Shown here piece after piece: positions 1-6,833 of a stretch of DNA of 34,375 nucleotides. The translations under genes were made by a program, and so were the position numbers. The stretch comes from a virus (Duplodnaviria > Caudoviricetes), in IMG/VR virus record IMGVR_UViG_3300024254_000021, positions 1-34,375 of that record; one strand, given 5' to 3'. The notes beneath the pieces are model-generated. The model searched no databases, was not told the origin of the DNA, and was given only the letters and a program-made list of their open reading frames with translations. How positions within the stretch are numbered: the first letter of the stretch is position 1; every line of letters begins with the position of its first letter.

Positions 1-85
1 GGGCCTCCACTCGGTCACCCACTCGGGCCTCCACTCGGTCCCCCACTCGGACCCGCACTCGGTCCCGCACTCCTAGCTGCTTCAT
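1..85 (-). CDS. Repeat-peptide ORF, truncated by the window edge (MKQLGVRDRVRVRVGDRVEARVGDRVEA...)
   Basis: ATG at 85-83 overlaps the upstream TGA (ATGA), with AGGAGA Shine-Dalgarno 5 nt upstream. The frame is open to the edge. Not in the ORF track. Confidence 0.75.
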   Translation of the reverse strand, partial: MKQLGVRDRVRVRVGDRVEARVGDRVEA

Positions 86-150
86 TGCGTTCTCCTAACC
101 GCTCGGTCCCACACTCGGGCCTCCACTCGGTCCCCCACTCGGTCCCACAC
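1..150. repeat. Two blocks (1-70 and about 99-150) of an imperfect 12-nt tandem repeat, minus-strand unit CGA-GTG-nnn-GnC
   Basis: Seen directly: plus-strand CACTCGG recurs every 12 nt. Minus-strand units include CGAGTGGGGGAC, CGAGTGGAGGCC, CGAGTGTGGGAC and CGAGTGGGTGAC. Confidence 0.95.
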
Positions 151-168
151 TCCTCCGATCTGAGTCAC
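82..168 (-). CDS. 28-aa repeat micro-protein MTQIGGVWDRVGDRVEARVWDRAVRRTQ
   Basis: GTG start overlaps the stop of the DUF6745-like gene (GTGA), and its own stop overlaps the next ATG. The repeat is read in the same R-V-x-D frame as in the next ORF. Confidence 0.65.
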   Translation of the reverse strand: MTQIGGVWDRVGDRVEARVWDRAVRRTQ

Positions 169-1061
169 GCTTCGATTCCGTAGCTGAGTCCTGGGTCGTG
201 ATTGCAAGCGCGAGCCACCTCAGCCGGATCGGATCCTGGGCGCATCATTGCCTGCCACTTGCGTGCGGCCTGAGCAGTTTTCAAGTCGCGGTGTACTGGT
301 TCGCAATAGAATGGCTGCTCACCGGTAAGCAAAACCGGCGATTGCTTTTTGAGAATAGAATCGTCTGGCCCAGTGTAGAGCTCGTACGCGAGGCCGATTA
401 ACGGATCGGTCCAAGAATTTAGCAGCATGCACTCAAAAAGTTTTAGCGCATTGGTCCAGCCAAAACGTTCACAGAATGCGCGGCGTTCTTCGGTTGGCAT
501 GGCCAGAGCTTCAGCCTTGGTAATGGTTTCCGGTGTCTCGATAAGCGCTTGCGATACCCAGACACCGTTCCATGAATACTCCGCCTGGCCATCGCGCCAG
601 GAAATTGCCGGTCCGGTAGCGCAGTGTAAGTCACCGCGCGCATTGACGTGGGCTTCCTTTGGGAAACGCACGAGCAATGCACGCTCGTCGAGCAACACTG
701 TGTCGTACACGCCGCAGAATAGTAGACGCTGCATTTTGCGCAGGTCTTCTGACTCGACATCGTCAATGATCGAGAGCCGTGTGAACACCTCGTAATATGC
801 GAGCCAGCCGGCATCGCTTGCCCCGCACCAATCGAAGTACGGAGATTCGACGCCAAGTTCCTTGGCTCGCATCAAGGCAGCCTCGGGACTATCGCAGATC
901 TCGATCTCCGGGAGCTTCTTGTCGTAGAAACCGTAGATCATTTCGAGCGGCGGGCGAACGGCATCGATGTCAACTTCGTCGCCGCGAAACAACACCGCGA
1001 TGTATTCATTTACGATGACATCGAGCATCGCCTCTTGTTCGGTCGTTAGATCGTTCAGCAC
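165..1061 (-). CDS. DUF6745-like protein (about 298 aa)
   Basis: Motifs LTTEQEAML, CDSP, DAGWLAYYEVF and GDLHCATGPAISWRDGQAEYSWNGVWV, plus EERRAFCERFGW. Start moved to GTG 1061 because GGAGGA lies just upstream. Confidence 0.75.
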   Translation of the reverse strand: MLNDLTTEQEAMLDVIVNEYIAVLFRGDEVDIDAVRPPLEMIYGFYDKKLPEIEICDSPEAALMRAKELGVESPYFDWCGASDAGWLAYYEVFTRLSIIDDVESEDLRKMQRLLFCGVYDTVLLDERALLVRFPKEAHVNARGDLHCATGPAISWRDGQAEYSWNGVWVSQALIETPETITKAEALAMPTEERRAFCERFGWTNALKLFECMLLNSWTDPLIGLAYELYTGPDDSILKKQSPVLLTGEQPFYCEPVHRDLKTAQAARKWQAMMRPGSDPAEVARACNHDPGLSYGIEA

Positions 1062-1062
1062 G

Positions 1063-1371
1063 TCAATCCTCCACGGAGCGCGCGAGGTCACCGCTCATTT
1101 CGGCCAAGGGATAGACCACGTAGTCGCCGGGCTCGATTTCGATCGCGGCGTGGCGTCCGCCGTGCGTGAGCATGACCGACTTCGCGACGCGCAAGCGCTG
1201 CGTTTCGCCGTCCGCGCCATGCTCCACATCTTGAAACGCGGCGATGACGTGCGGAGCCGATTCGTGTCCAGCGAGCACCAGCGGCGCGCTCGGCTTTTTG
1301 AGATCGAAACCGGGCGGCACAGCCTCCTTGCGAATGACCAGATCACCGTGGCGAGCGTAGATTTGTTCCAT
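1063..1371 (-). CDS. Small His-rich partner protein usually encoded next to DUF6745 genes (102 aa)
   Basis: RHGDL...LAGHESAPH...LTHGGRHAAIEIEPGDYVV...RSVED fits the RQGDV/LxHxEH/GxY/RxVxD pattern as I recall it. GGAGGT SD precedes ATG 1371. Confidence 0.7.
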   Translation of the reverse strand: MEQIYARHGDLVIRKEAVPPGFDLKKPSAPLVLAGHESAPHVIAAFQDVEHGADGETQRLRVAKSVMLTHGGRHAAIEIEPGDYVVYPLAEMSGDLARSVED

Positions 1372-1372
1372 T

Positions 1373-2443
1373 TCAGACACCTCCATTTTGTTTTGAAAAG
1401 CGCGGGTCTCTCCCCGCCGTCACCGCTGACCACCATTGCGTTTTGCGGTTGCACGCTTGTTCCTCAGCCGGATCGCCGTCCTGCCCGTCCGGATTGTTTG
1501 CGTCGTCGGCGCTCTCCGCCGGCGCCGGATACTGCGCCTCAAGCTTAGCGAGCTGTCGATCGCAATGGTTCCAGCGCCGCGCAATCTCCTTCAGTCCCTC
1601 GAAACCGACCAGGTTGCCTTCGCGAGCCATCTGCATGTCGCGAGTCAAGCGCGCGCCTTGCGGATTAGCTTTGCTCCCGAGCTCGGCGCGCAACGCTGCG
1701 GCCTTGCGGTGTGAATCGCATACGTCGAGCCCGTTGCGGACCGTTGCTAGTCGACCGATGATTGAGTCGTAGTATTCGTCAGTCTCTGGGTTCGGGTAAT
1801 CGTCCTTATCGCCGTGCGGAGAGTGCGCGCCACCCGTCGCGCCCGTGAGCTGCGCGGTTGGTTCGCTCGCCCCTTCCATTTGTTGCATCTCCTCCGGCAC
1901 GTAGAGCCCGGCAGTGTCCTCAGGGAACGCCTTACGCATCGCTAACGCCTCCGCGCATTTGTCGAGCATTGTGTGTGCCATCGTATTCCAAAAGCGCGTT
2001 GGCGAGCCATCTCGCTTAGTCTGAACGTATTCAGACCAGCGAGCCACGCCGACGAATGGACGCGACACACCCTTGCGGTAGACCTTGACGCGGGAGAGCG
2101 TGAGGAGGCCCTCTTTGTCGTATTCGTGCTCGGCTTCGTCTTGTCCGTCGTACATGCCTGTGCGGTCGGCAACGGAGCGGAGCCCATCAATGGAAACCTG
2201 CGCGGACCAAACATCGCGCCCCTTGTCACGGTCGGGTCGGCTCACGAAGTGGATTTGTCGCAGAAGCGGGTTCAGTCGTCGGGCCTTCGCGATTTCCATC
2301 AACACCGCGAACTCGCCAGCGGACGCGCCGTTTGCGTAGGTGTCGCGGATCATTTGGGTTTGCTCGGGCGTGAACATCGGCGGCACAGTGGCGGCTAGTG
2401 CGAGTGATGTCACGGGCGCTTTCGCGATGTCCGGTTTGCTCAT
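1373..2443 (-). CDS. bet: Phage single-strand annealing recombinase, Bet/RecT family
   Basis: EFAVLMEIAKARRLNPLLRQIHFV, QVSIDGLRSVADRTGMYDG and MLDKCAEALAMRKAFPEDTAGLYVPEEM are typical Bet motifs. Confidence 0.9.
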   Translation of the reverse strand: MSKPDIAKAPVTSLALAATVPPMFTPEQTQMIRDTYANGASAGEFAVLMEIAKARRLNPLLRQIHFVSRPDRDKGRDVWSAQVSIDGLRSVADRTGMYDGQDEAEHEYDKEGLLTLSRVKVYRKGVSRPFVGVARWSEYVQTKRDGSPTRFWNTMAHTMLDKCAEALAMRKAFPEDTAGLYVPEEMQQMEGASEPTAQLTGATGGAHSPHGDKDDYPNPETDEYYDSIIGRLATVRNGLDVCDSHRKAAALRAELGSKANPQGARLTRDMQMAREGNLVGFEGLKEIARRWNHCDRQLAKLEAQYPAPAESADDANNPDGQDGDPAEEQACNRKTQWWSAVTAGRDPRFSKQNGGV

Positions 2444-2487
2444 CACGCCAGCTCAGCCGCTTCGGCCAGCACGTCTTGAATGGTCAT
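2443..2487 (-). CDS. 14-aa micro-ORF MTIQDVLAEAAELA
   Basis: Fills the gap exactly: ATGA overlap with the upstream stop and TGATG overlap with bet. Confidence 0.4.
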   Translation of the reverse strand: MTIQDVLAEAAELA

Positions 2488-2882
2488 TTGTCGGCCCCCT
2501 TTCTCTGGAGCGCGGTATCGGACTCGACGAATATCCCGGCCACCTTGAGCAGGGCCACTAGCGCCGCTCCAGCAGGGGCGAGTCTGTAATGAGAGGTGAC
2601 CGCGTCTTCGGTCATGCTGACTGCGTCAATCTCTACTCGGCCGAGTCGCTCAATCAGGCCGCGCTTGATGAGCGCATGCGACGAAGCAAGCCAATTATCG
2701 GGCCGCGCCACGCCGTACTGGCGAGTGTAGAGACGCCGGTCCCAATGCACACCTTCTGCCGTCGCGCAAAGAAACTCGAGCATAGGCTGCGTCAGCGCCA
2801 AGCAAAATGAACTGCGCATCGCGTGCCGCTGAAATGACGCCTTCCAGTCCGGGGGAAGCTGGACGATATTGCTATTTTTCAC
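2484..2882 (-). CDS. Hypothetical protein (132 aa), possibly winged-helix-like
   Basis: GTGA overlap with the upstream gene. ALIKRGLIER...YRLAPAGAALV resembles a wHTH wing. Confidence 0.6.
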   Translation of the reverse strand: MKNSNIVQLPPDWKASFQRHAMRSSFCLALTQPMLEFLCATAEGVHWDRRLYTRQYGVARPDNWLASSHALIKRGLIERLGRVEIDAVSMTEDAVTSHYRLAPAGAALVALLKVAGIFVESDTALQRKGADK

Positions 2883-3172
2883 TTGCTCGCAACTTTCTCC
2901 ACAAACCGCAGCGCGGTTGACCGATTGAAATTCTCCGCCGCGTGACGGTGGACCCAGCACAATCGCTTGTTGAGCGTCGGGTGTAGGGTGGTTTTAGTGT
3001 CATCGCACCGGTCGCCAACATGGCGCACGAACACGCGCCCAGGACCATGCGCCGTCGTGCGGTGATTGATGATCGCCTCGCACTGGTTCTCGTCAACAGC
3101 GCGTTGCAACTGCTCGGCCAGCGACCGCGGCTCGCCAAACGCAGGCCCGCTTTTCACAGCATCACCTGCCAT
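2879..3172 (-). CDS. Hypothetical protein with Cys/His residues (97 aa)
   Basis: Tiles the leftward operon, and its stop overlaps the next start. Confidence 0.55.
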   Translation of the reverse strand: MAGDAVKSGPAFGEPRSLAEQLQRAVDENQCEAIINHRTTAHGPGRVFVRHVGDRCDDTKTTLHPTLNKRLCWVHRHAAENFNRSTALRFVEKVASK

Positions 3173-3656
3173 TTGTGGCCGCACTCGTCAGTGCCTTTTC
3201 GATGCGCTCGCAGCATGAGATGATGTGGCGCAGTTCACGCACGCGCTGCGCTGTTGAATGCTGCCAAAACGGGATCGCGTTCAGGCTTTCTTCAGCGGGC
3301 TCGCGAATGGCTGTCGCCCATTGCTTCGCCGACAGAATCAGGTCAGCGCGGGTCGGGGTTGGGATGGTGACTTCGCCACCGGGGAACGCGAGCGTCGCAA
3401 ACGGAATGTCCGTGCCCGGATTGGCCTGTAGCTCACGCCCGGCGCGCTCATCATTGAGTAGGGTGCGCGTGCGGGTTAGCTCGGCTTCGGTTGAGCGGAG
3501 CGTCTCTAGTGTGCGTTGATGCGCCGTGAATTCACGCTGGTATTGGCCGGCGAAGTCGGGCTGTGGCAACGCTTTTTGCGCGCGTCGTTCGTCCGCCTGC
3601 TCACGGACGATTTGATCAAGCATGTCGACCGGGTCATACAGATGGTCCAGGCTCAC
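3162..3656 (-). CDS. Hypothetical protein with coiled-coil character (164 aa)
   Basis: GTGA overlap with the upstream gene and a protein-like helical composition. Confidence 0.7.
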   Translation of the reverse strand: MSLDHLYDPVDMLDQIVREQADERRAQKALPQPDFAGQYQREFTAHQRTLETLRSTEAELTRTRTLLNDERAGRELQANPGTDIPFATLAFPGGEVTIPTPTRADLILSAKQWATAIREPAEESLNAIPFWQHSTAQRVRELRHIISCCERIEKALTSAATNGR

Positions 3657-3877
3657 GACGCACCCCGCTCATCACTCGGCCCATACGACCCCACCGACTC
3701 ACCTCCGTAGTACGCCTCCGCGTCCGCTTCGTCCTGCTGCTCGCCCATCGCCTGAATGCAGCCGGCGCAGTACAGCTCGGGGTGGATGCTGTTCGCTGTG
3801 TGCAGTTCGGCGGCGTGGCAGGCGACTCCACAGCGCTCGCAATTGCAGGGGCCGACGTTCTCCCAGGGTTGGTCCAT
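3653..3877 (-). CDS. Small Zn-finger-like protein with acidic tail (74 aa)
   Basis: CERC...CAGC pairs; tiles the operon. Confidence 0.65.
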   Translation of the reverse strand: MDQPWENVGPCNCERCGVACHAAELHTANSIHPELYCAGCIQAMGEQQDEADAEAYYGGESVGSYGPSDERGAS

Positions 3878-3880
3878 GAT

Positions 3881-4048
3881 TCAGCTGGCCTGCGCGCGAA
3901 TCCATGATTTGAACGACGGGGCCATCGCATAGCCCATGTAGCGAGCGTGATTTCGGACAGCCTCACCCAGGCCGACCGGGTTGTGACCGAGCACCGACTT
4001 GACGTACCTGCGATACGAGCGTTTCAGGTTTCTGCGAGCTGGACTCAT
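3881..4048 (-). CDS. 55-aa basic protein MSPARRNLKRSYRRYVKSVLGHNPVGLGEAVRNHARYMGYAMAPSFKSWIRAQAS, first gene of the leftward operon
   Basis: Hand-translated; below the ORF-track size cutoff. GGAG SD upstream, and the stop is 3 nt before the next ATG (3877). Confidence 0.65.
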   Translation of the reverse strand: MSPARRNLKRSYRRYVKSVLGHNPVGLGEAVRNHARYMGYAMAPSFKSWIRAQAS

Positions 4049-4073
4049 GAGAATTGCTCCGATTGGGGTAGGC

Positions 4074-4131
4074 CAGGTCGGAAGCCCACACTGCGGGGAT
4101 GAGCCGTCTTACGGACAGCGACCGACCTGAC
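4074..4131 (-). ncRNA. Candidate structured 5' leader RNA (three-way junction)
   Basis: Outer stem CAGGUCGG/CCGACCUG (4122-4129 with 4074-4081) encloses hairpins GCUGUC-CGUAA-GACGGC and CCCGC-AGU-GUGGG. It begins at the predicted +1. Confidence 0.45.
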
Positions 4132-4137
4132 TCGAGA

Positions 4138-4166
4138 ACCATAATTCGCCACATGGCGATGCGCAA
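4138..4166 (-). promoter_or_regulatory. Leftward sigma70-like promoter with a palindromic operator in the spacer
   Basis: TTGCGC-N17-TATGGT; the spacer contains TCGCCA-CA-TGGCGA (4146-4159). Confidence 0.6.
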
Positions 4167-4181
4167 GAACTATTTATCCTG

Positions 4182-4225
4182 TTGACGACGAAAGTTTCTC
4201 GGCCCATCCTGTCTCCACATGGCGA
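4182..4225 (+). promoter_or_regulatory. Rightward promoter with a second operator copy over the HTH start codon
   Basis: TTGACG-N17-CATCCT-N8-ATG; TCTCCA-CA-TGGCGA at 4212-4225 matches the first operator at 13 of 14 positions. Confidence 0.6.
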
Positions 4226-4440
4226 GAAAAGTGAAAGCTACAAAGGCCGGGCAGCTTCTGCGGGCCGAGGTCGACCGGCATGGGATGGAGGCGGTCGCGA
4301 AACAGCTCAGCACGAGCGTATCGCACCTCTATCGGTTGCTCAGCGGCGACAGGGGCCCGGGGCTCACGATTGCGGGTCGGGCGTTGCAGGCTTACGGCGT
4401 GCCGATTCAGGCGTGGTCGCAGCGCGTGGCAAGCGCATGA
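4219..4440 (+). CDS. Cro/XRE-family helix-turn-helix regulator (73 aa)
   Basis: MEAVAKQLSTSVSHLYRLLSGDRGPGLTIA is a canonical XRE HTH; first gene after the divergent promoters. Confidence 0.85.
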   Translation: MARKVKATKAGQLLRAEVDRHGMEAVAKQLSTSVSHLYRLLSGDRGPGLTIAGRALQAYGVPIQAWSQRVASA

Positions 4441-4535
4441 CCCGCCTCCAGCGCTCCGCAATCTACACCGCGGCATTCCTAGCAGCGGTCGGCCTCGGCA
4501 TGGCCGTGTCTAGCTGCCTAGGTGCGTCATGGTGA
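4437..4535 (+). CDS. 32-aa hydrophobic peptide MTRLQRSAIYTAAFLAAVGLGMAVSSCLGASW
   Basis: ATGA overlap upstream and GTGA overlap downstream; one TM-like segment. Confidence 0.55.
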   Translation: MTRLQRSAIYTAAFLAAVGLGMAVSSCLGASW

Positions 4536-4999
4536 CACCGTACGCAATCCTCTGCGCGATTCTTGCAGTCGGCTCGAGCTGGGCGGAGCGCAATGATCCG
4601 CGCGTGCCGGCGCATCTGGAACGCATCGCCGTTGCCATATCCGAGGAGGCGCGCGACGAGTACGAGGCCGCAGCGTTGGTCGCAATCAGCCGGTCCGAGT
4701 CGGCATTTTCGATTCGCGTGCAGGCGGGGCCGACCGGATCGGGCGCACTGAGCGATTGGCAGCTCGAAGGCAAGTCGGGCAAATTCCCGGGGCCATTCGT
4801 CGGGCTCAAGCTCGGGCCAATTCGGAACGCGGCGCATGCGGCAATCGCGGTGTGGCGCATGTCGCGGCAGTGCGGCGTCGGTCCACGCAATCAGTTCACG
4901 AGCTACGCTGGGCGCCCGTGCGGGATTGAATGGCCGACGCTGGAAACGCGGGTCGCGCGGCTTGGGTATGCGCGGATGGTGATGCGGAGGGCGTCGTGA
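4532..4999 (+). CDS. Secreted or membrane-anchored lytic-transglycosylase-like protein
   Basis: N-terminal hydrophobic segment; LVAISRSESAF (catalytic ES), GALSDWQL (GLMQL-like) and TSYAG (AYNAG-like). Alternative start at 4529. Confidence 0.55.
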   Translation: MTPYAILCAILAVGSSWAERNDPRVPAHLERIAVAISEEARDEYEAAALVAISRSESAFSIRVQAGPTGSGALSDWQLEGKSGKFPGPFVGLKLGPIRNAAHAAIAVWRMSRQCGVGPRNQFTSYAGRPCGIEWPTLETRVARLGYARMVMRRAS

Positions 5000-5286
5000 C
5001 CGAAGAGCGCAAATTCGTCACCGATTGCACCGTGCGGCTCGAAGGTGACTCGTTCGTTTTTACCTTCATGCGCGGCGAGACCGGCGACGACATTGCGGAG
5101 ATCTGTGCTCCGGCGGCGAAGGCGGTTCATGCCGCGGTTGCACTATTCGAGATCCACTTCGGCCGGGTGCGCGCGGCGAAGATTCAGGATCGGCTGCATC
5201 TTGAGTGGGAAGCGGCGGAATGGGAGCGCGCGCAGGGTCACTTGGCTGAGGCGGAGCGGTCGGATTTTGATGAGGTTGTGCCGTGA
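4996..5286 (+). CDS. Hypothetical protein (96 aa)
   Basis: GTGA overlaps at both ends; GGAGG upstream. Confidence 0.6.
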   Translation: MTEERKFVTDCTVRLEGDSFVFTFMRGETGDDIAEICAPAAKAVHAAVALFEIHFGRVRAAKIQDRLHLEWEAAEWERAQGHLAEAERSDFDEVVP

Positions 5287-5558
5287 ACGCGCGCACACTA
5301 TTCCATGCGACGACGCCGAAGAAGGTGCGCCTGTATCATTCTAGCGGTCGCATCATTTCACCCGTCCGCGGATTCACTACACTACAAGGCGCTATGGCTT
5401 GGGCATGCAAAACAGGGCGCAGCGTAATTCTGTCTGTCGACGGCTTCGATTGTCACAAACTGCCCGATCACCACAACGAATTCGGTGAAGCGTGGTGGAT
5501 CGATCATGATGTTCCGGTTGGCGCTTGGAAGTGCGTCTTTTCGCCGAAAGATGCGTGA
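5283..5558 (+). CDS. Hypothetical protein (91 aa)
   Basis: Coupled at both ends; LFHATT...PVRGFTT...KLPDHHNEFGEAWW. Confidence 0.65.
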   Translation: MNARTLFHATTPKKVRLYHSSGRIISPVRGFTTLQGAMAWACKTGRSVILSVDGFDCHKLPDHHNEFGEAWWIDHDVPVGAWKCVFSPKDA

Positions 5559-6031
5559 TGCCGCGCGCTCCGAAGCCACCGCCCGAGCGCCCGCATGTGC
5601 TGATTGATCAGCGGGAGGTCATTCCGTTGCGCTTCAGCCCAGCCGTGACGACCGAATCCGTACTACTCCCTGTCGGCGACTACTCCCTAGCCGGCGCGAG
5701 CGAAGCGGTAGCGATCGAGCGCAAGCGAAACGGCGAGCTTCAGTCCTGCTGCGGCACCGACCGCGAGCGCTTCATCGCGCAGATTGAGCGGATGCGCGAA
5801 TTCCCGGTGCGGTGGTTGGTCGTCGAATGCACGTTCGACGATGTCGCGCTGGGCTTGTCGCGGTCGAATATCAACCCGCTGAGTGTGCTTGGTACGATCA
5901 TCAAATTCGGTAGCGATTGGCAGATTCCGACGATGTTCTGTGGCGATGCGAATGGCTGCGCGATGTTCGTCGAGCGGGTTTTGGTGCGCGAATTCAAGAG
6001 GCTCCAGCTGAAAGCGAAAGGTGCGGCATGA
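5558..6031 (+). CDS. ERCC4/XPF-domain nuclease
   Basis: IDQRE, LPVGDY, IERK and LVVE are the ERCC4 signature motifs. Confidence 0.88.
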   Translation: MPRAPKPPPERPHVLIDQREVIPLRFSPAVTTESVLLPVGDYSLAGASEAVAIERKRNGELQSCCGTDRERFIAQIERMREFPVRWLVVECTFDDVALGLSRSNINPLSVLGTIIKFGSDWQIPTMFCGDANGCAMFVERVLVREFKRLQLKAKGAA

Positions 6032-6075
6032 AAATCAGAGGTGTTTGCGCGAGAATCGGATTGGTGCAGCGATGA
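6028..6075 (+). CDS. 15-aa micro-ORF MKIRGVCARIGLVQR
   Basis: ATGA overlaps at both ends. Confidence 0.35.
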   Translation: MKIRGVCARIGLVQR

Positions 6076-6467
6076 CGCCGAACCAACTGTCCAGCGTCCG
6101 TGAGCGCTCCCACGCCACGGCCCGCAAGCGCGTCGCAGCCGAAGTCGGCGAGATCATTATGGATCGCGAGACGCTCCACGAAATATTCAATTCGGTCGAC
6201 GCATTCGAGGCCTATGCAAAACAAATCCGCGAGGCCGAATCGGCACGCGAGCGCGATTGGGTCGCCTGCTACGTCGGGCACTACTTCCGCGCGTTCGCCT
6301 ACTATTGTGCCTTCGAGCTGAGCGGGGCGGATGCTGAATTTGCGCGGGAGTGTTTGCGTGACGTGGATATCTGCAAAGAGATTGAGCATCGGGCGGCGGT
6401 GGCGGTTGGAGCATTGGCGCATGAAAAAACACAGGTATCACCCGCAATGCATTTGCTCCGATTGTAA
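6072..6467 (+). CDS. Hypothetical protein (131 aa)
   Basis: ORF with protein-like composition within the operon. Confidence 0.6.
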   Translation: MTPNQLSSVRERSHATARKRVAAEVGEIIMDRETLHEIFNSVDAFEAYAKQIREAESARERDWVACYVGHYFRAFAYYCAFELSGADAEFARECLRDVDICKEIEHRAAVAVGALAHEKTQVSPAMHLLRL

Positions 6468-6600
6468 GCCAAATTACTTGGGCACCGTCACGAATCAGAA
6501 GCCGATTGCGGAACTGATTGGCCGGTCATCGTTAGGCGATGCGCAAGCAAGACGGTTGCGCTCCAAGGGGAGACGGCTGCTAGGGGGCAAGCGCGCGTGA
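6421..6600 (+). CDS. Small basic protein with HxxCxCxxC motif (59 aa)
   Basis: GGAG upstream; stop overlaps the next GTG. Confidence 0.5.
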   Translation: MKKHRYHPQCICSDCKPNYLGTVTNQKPIAELIGRSSLGDAQARRLRSKGRRLLGGKRA

Positions 6601-6833
6601 CCCTCCGCATCCTCGGCTCAGCCGGCGTCTCGCCAAACTCAGGCGTGCCCATCTACCGCGTACAGTGCTCGGAATGCGGCGAGGTGTATCGGCGCGTCGG
6701 GTTCCCGTGGGACATCAAGCGGCACGGGCGGTGTTCGACGTGCGCGCATGCTGCGAAGAAAGTTCCGAATCGAATTGCGGGCGTAAATGCGCGGCGCCGT
6801 GCGCGGGCTGCTGAATTGAGGAGATGCAAATGA
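6597..6833 (+). CDS. Zn-ribbon protein (78 aa)
   Basis: CSEC...CSTC; coupled at both ends. Confidence 0.65.
   Translation: MTLRILGSAGVSPNSGVPIYRVQCSECGEVYRRVGFPWDIKRHGRCSTCAHAAKKVPNRIAGVNARRRARAAELRRCK

Noticed and set aside
1-150. CRISPR array or DGR repeat
   Set aside because: Units are 12 nt, head to tail, with no unique spacers and they read as peptides. No cas or reverse transcriptase gene is in the window.
4074-4131. Hammerhead ribozyme or tRNA
   Set aside because: The junction lacks the CUGAnGA and GAAA core, and there is no cloverleaf or T-loop.
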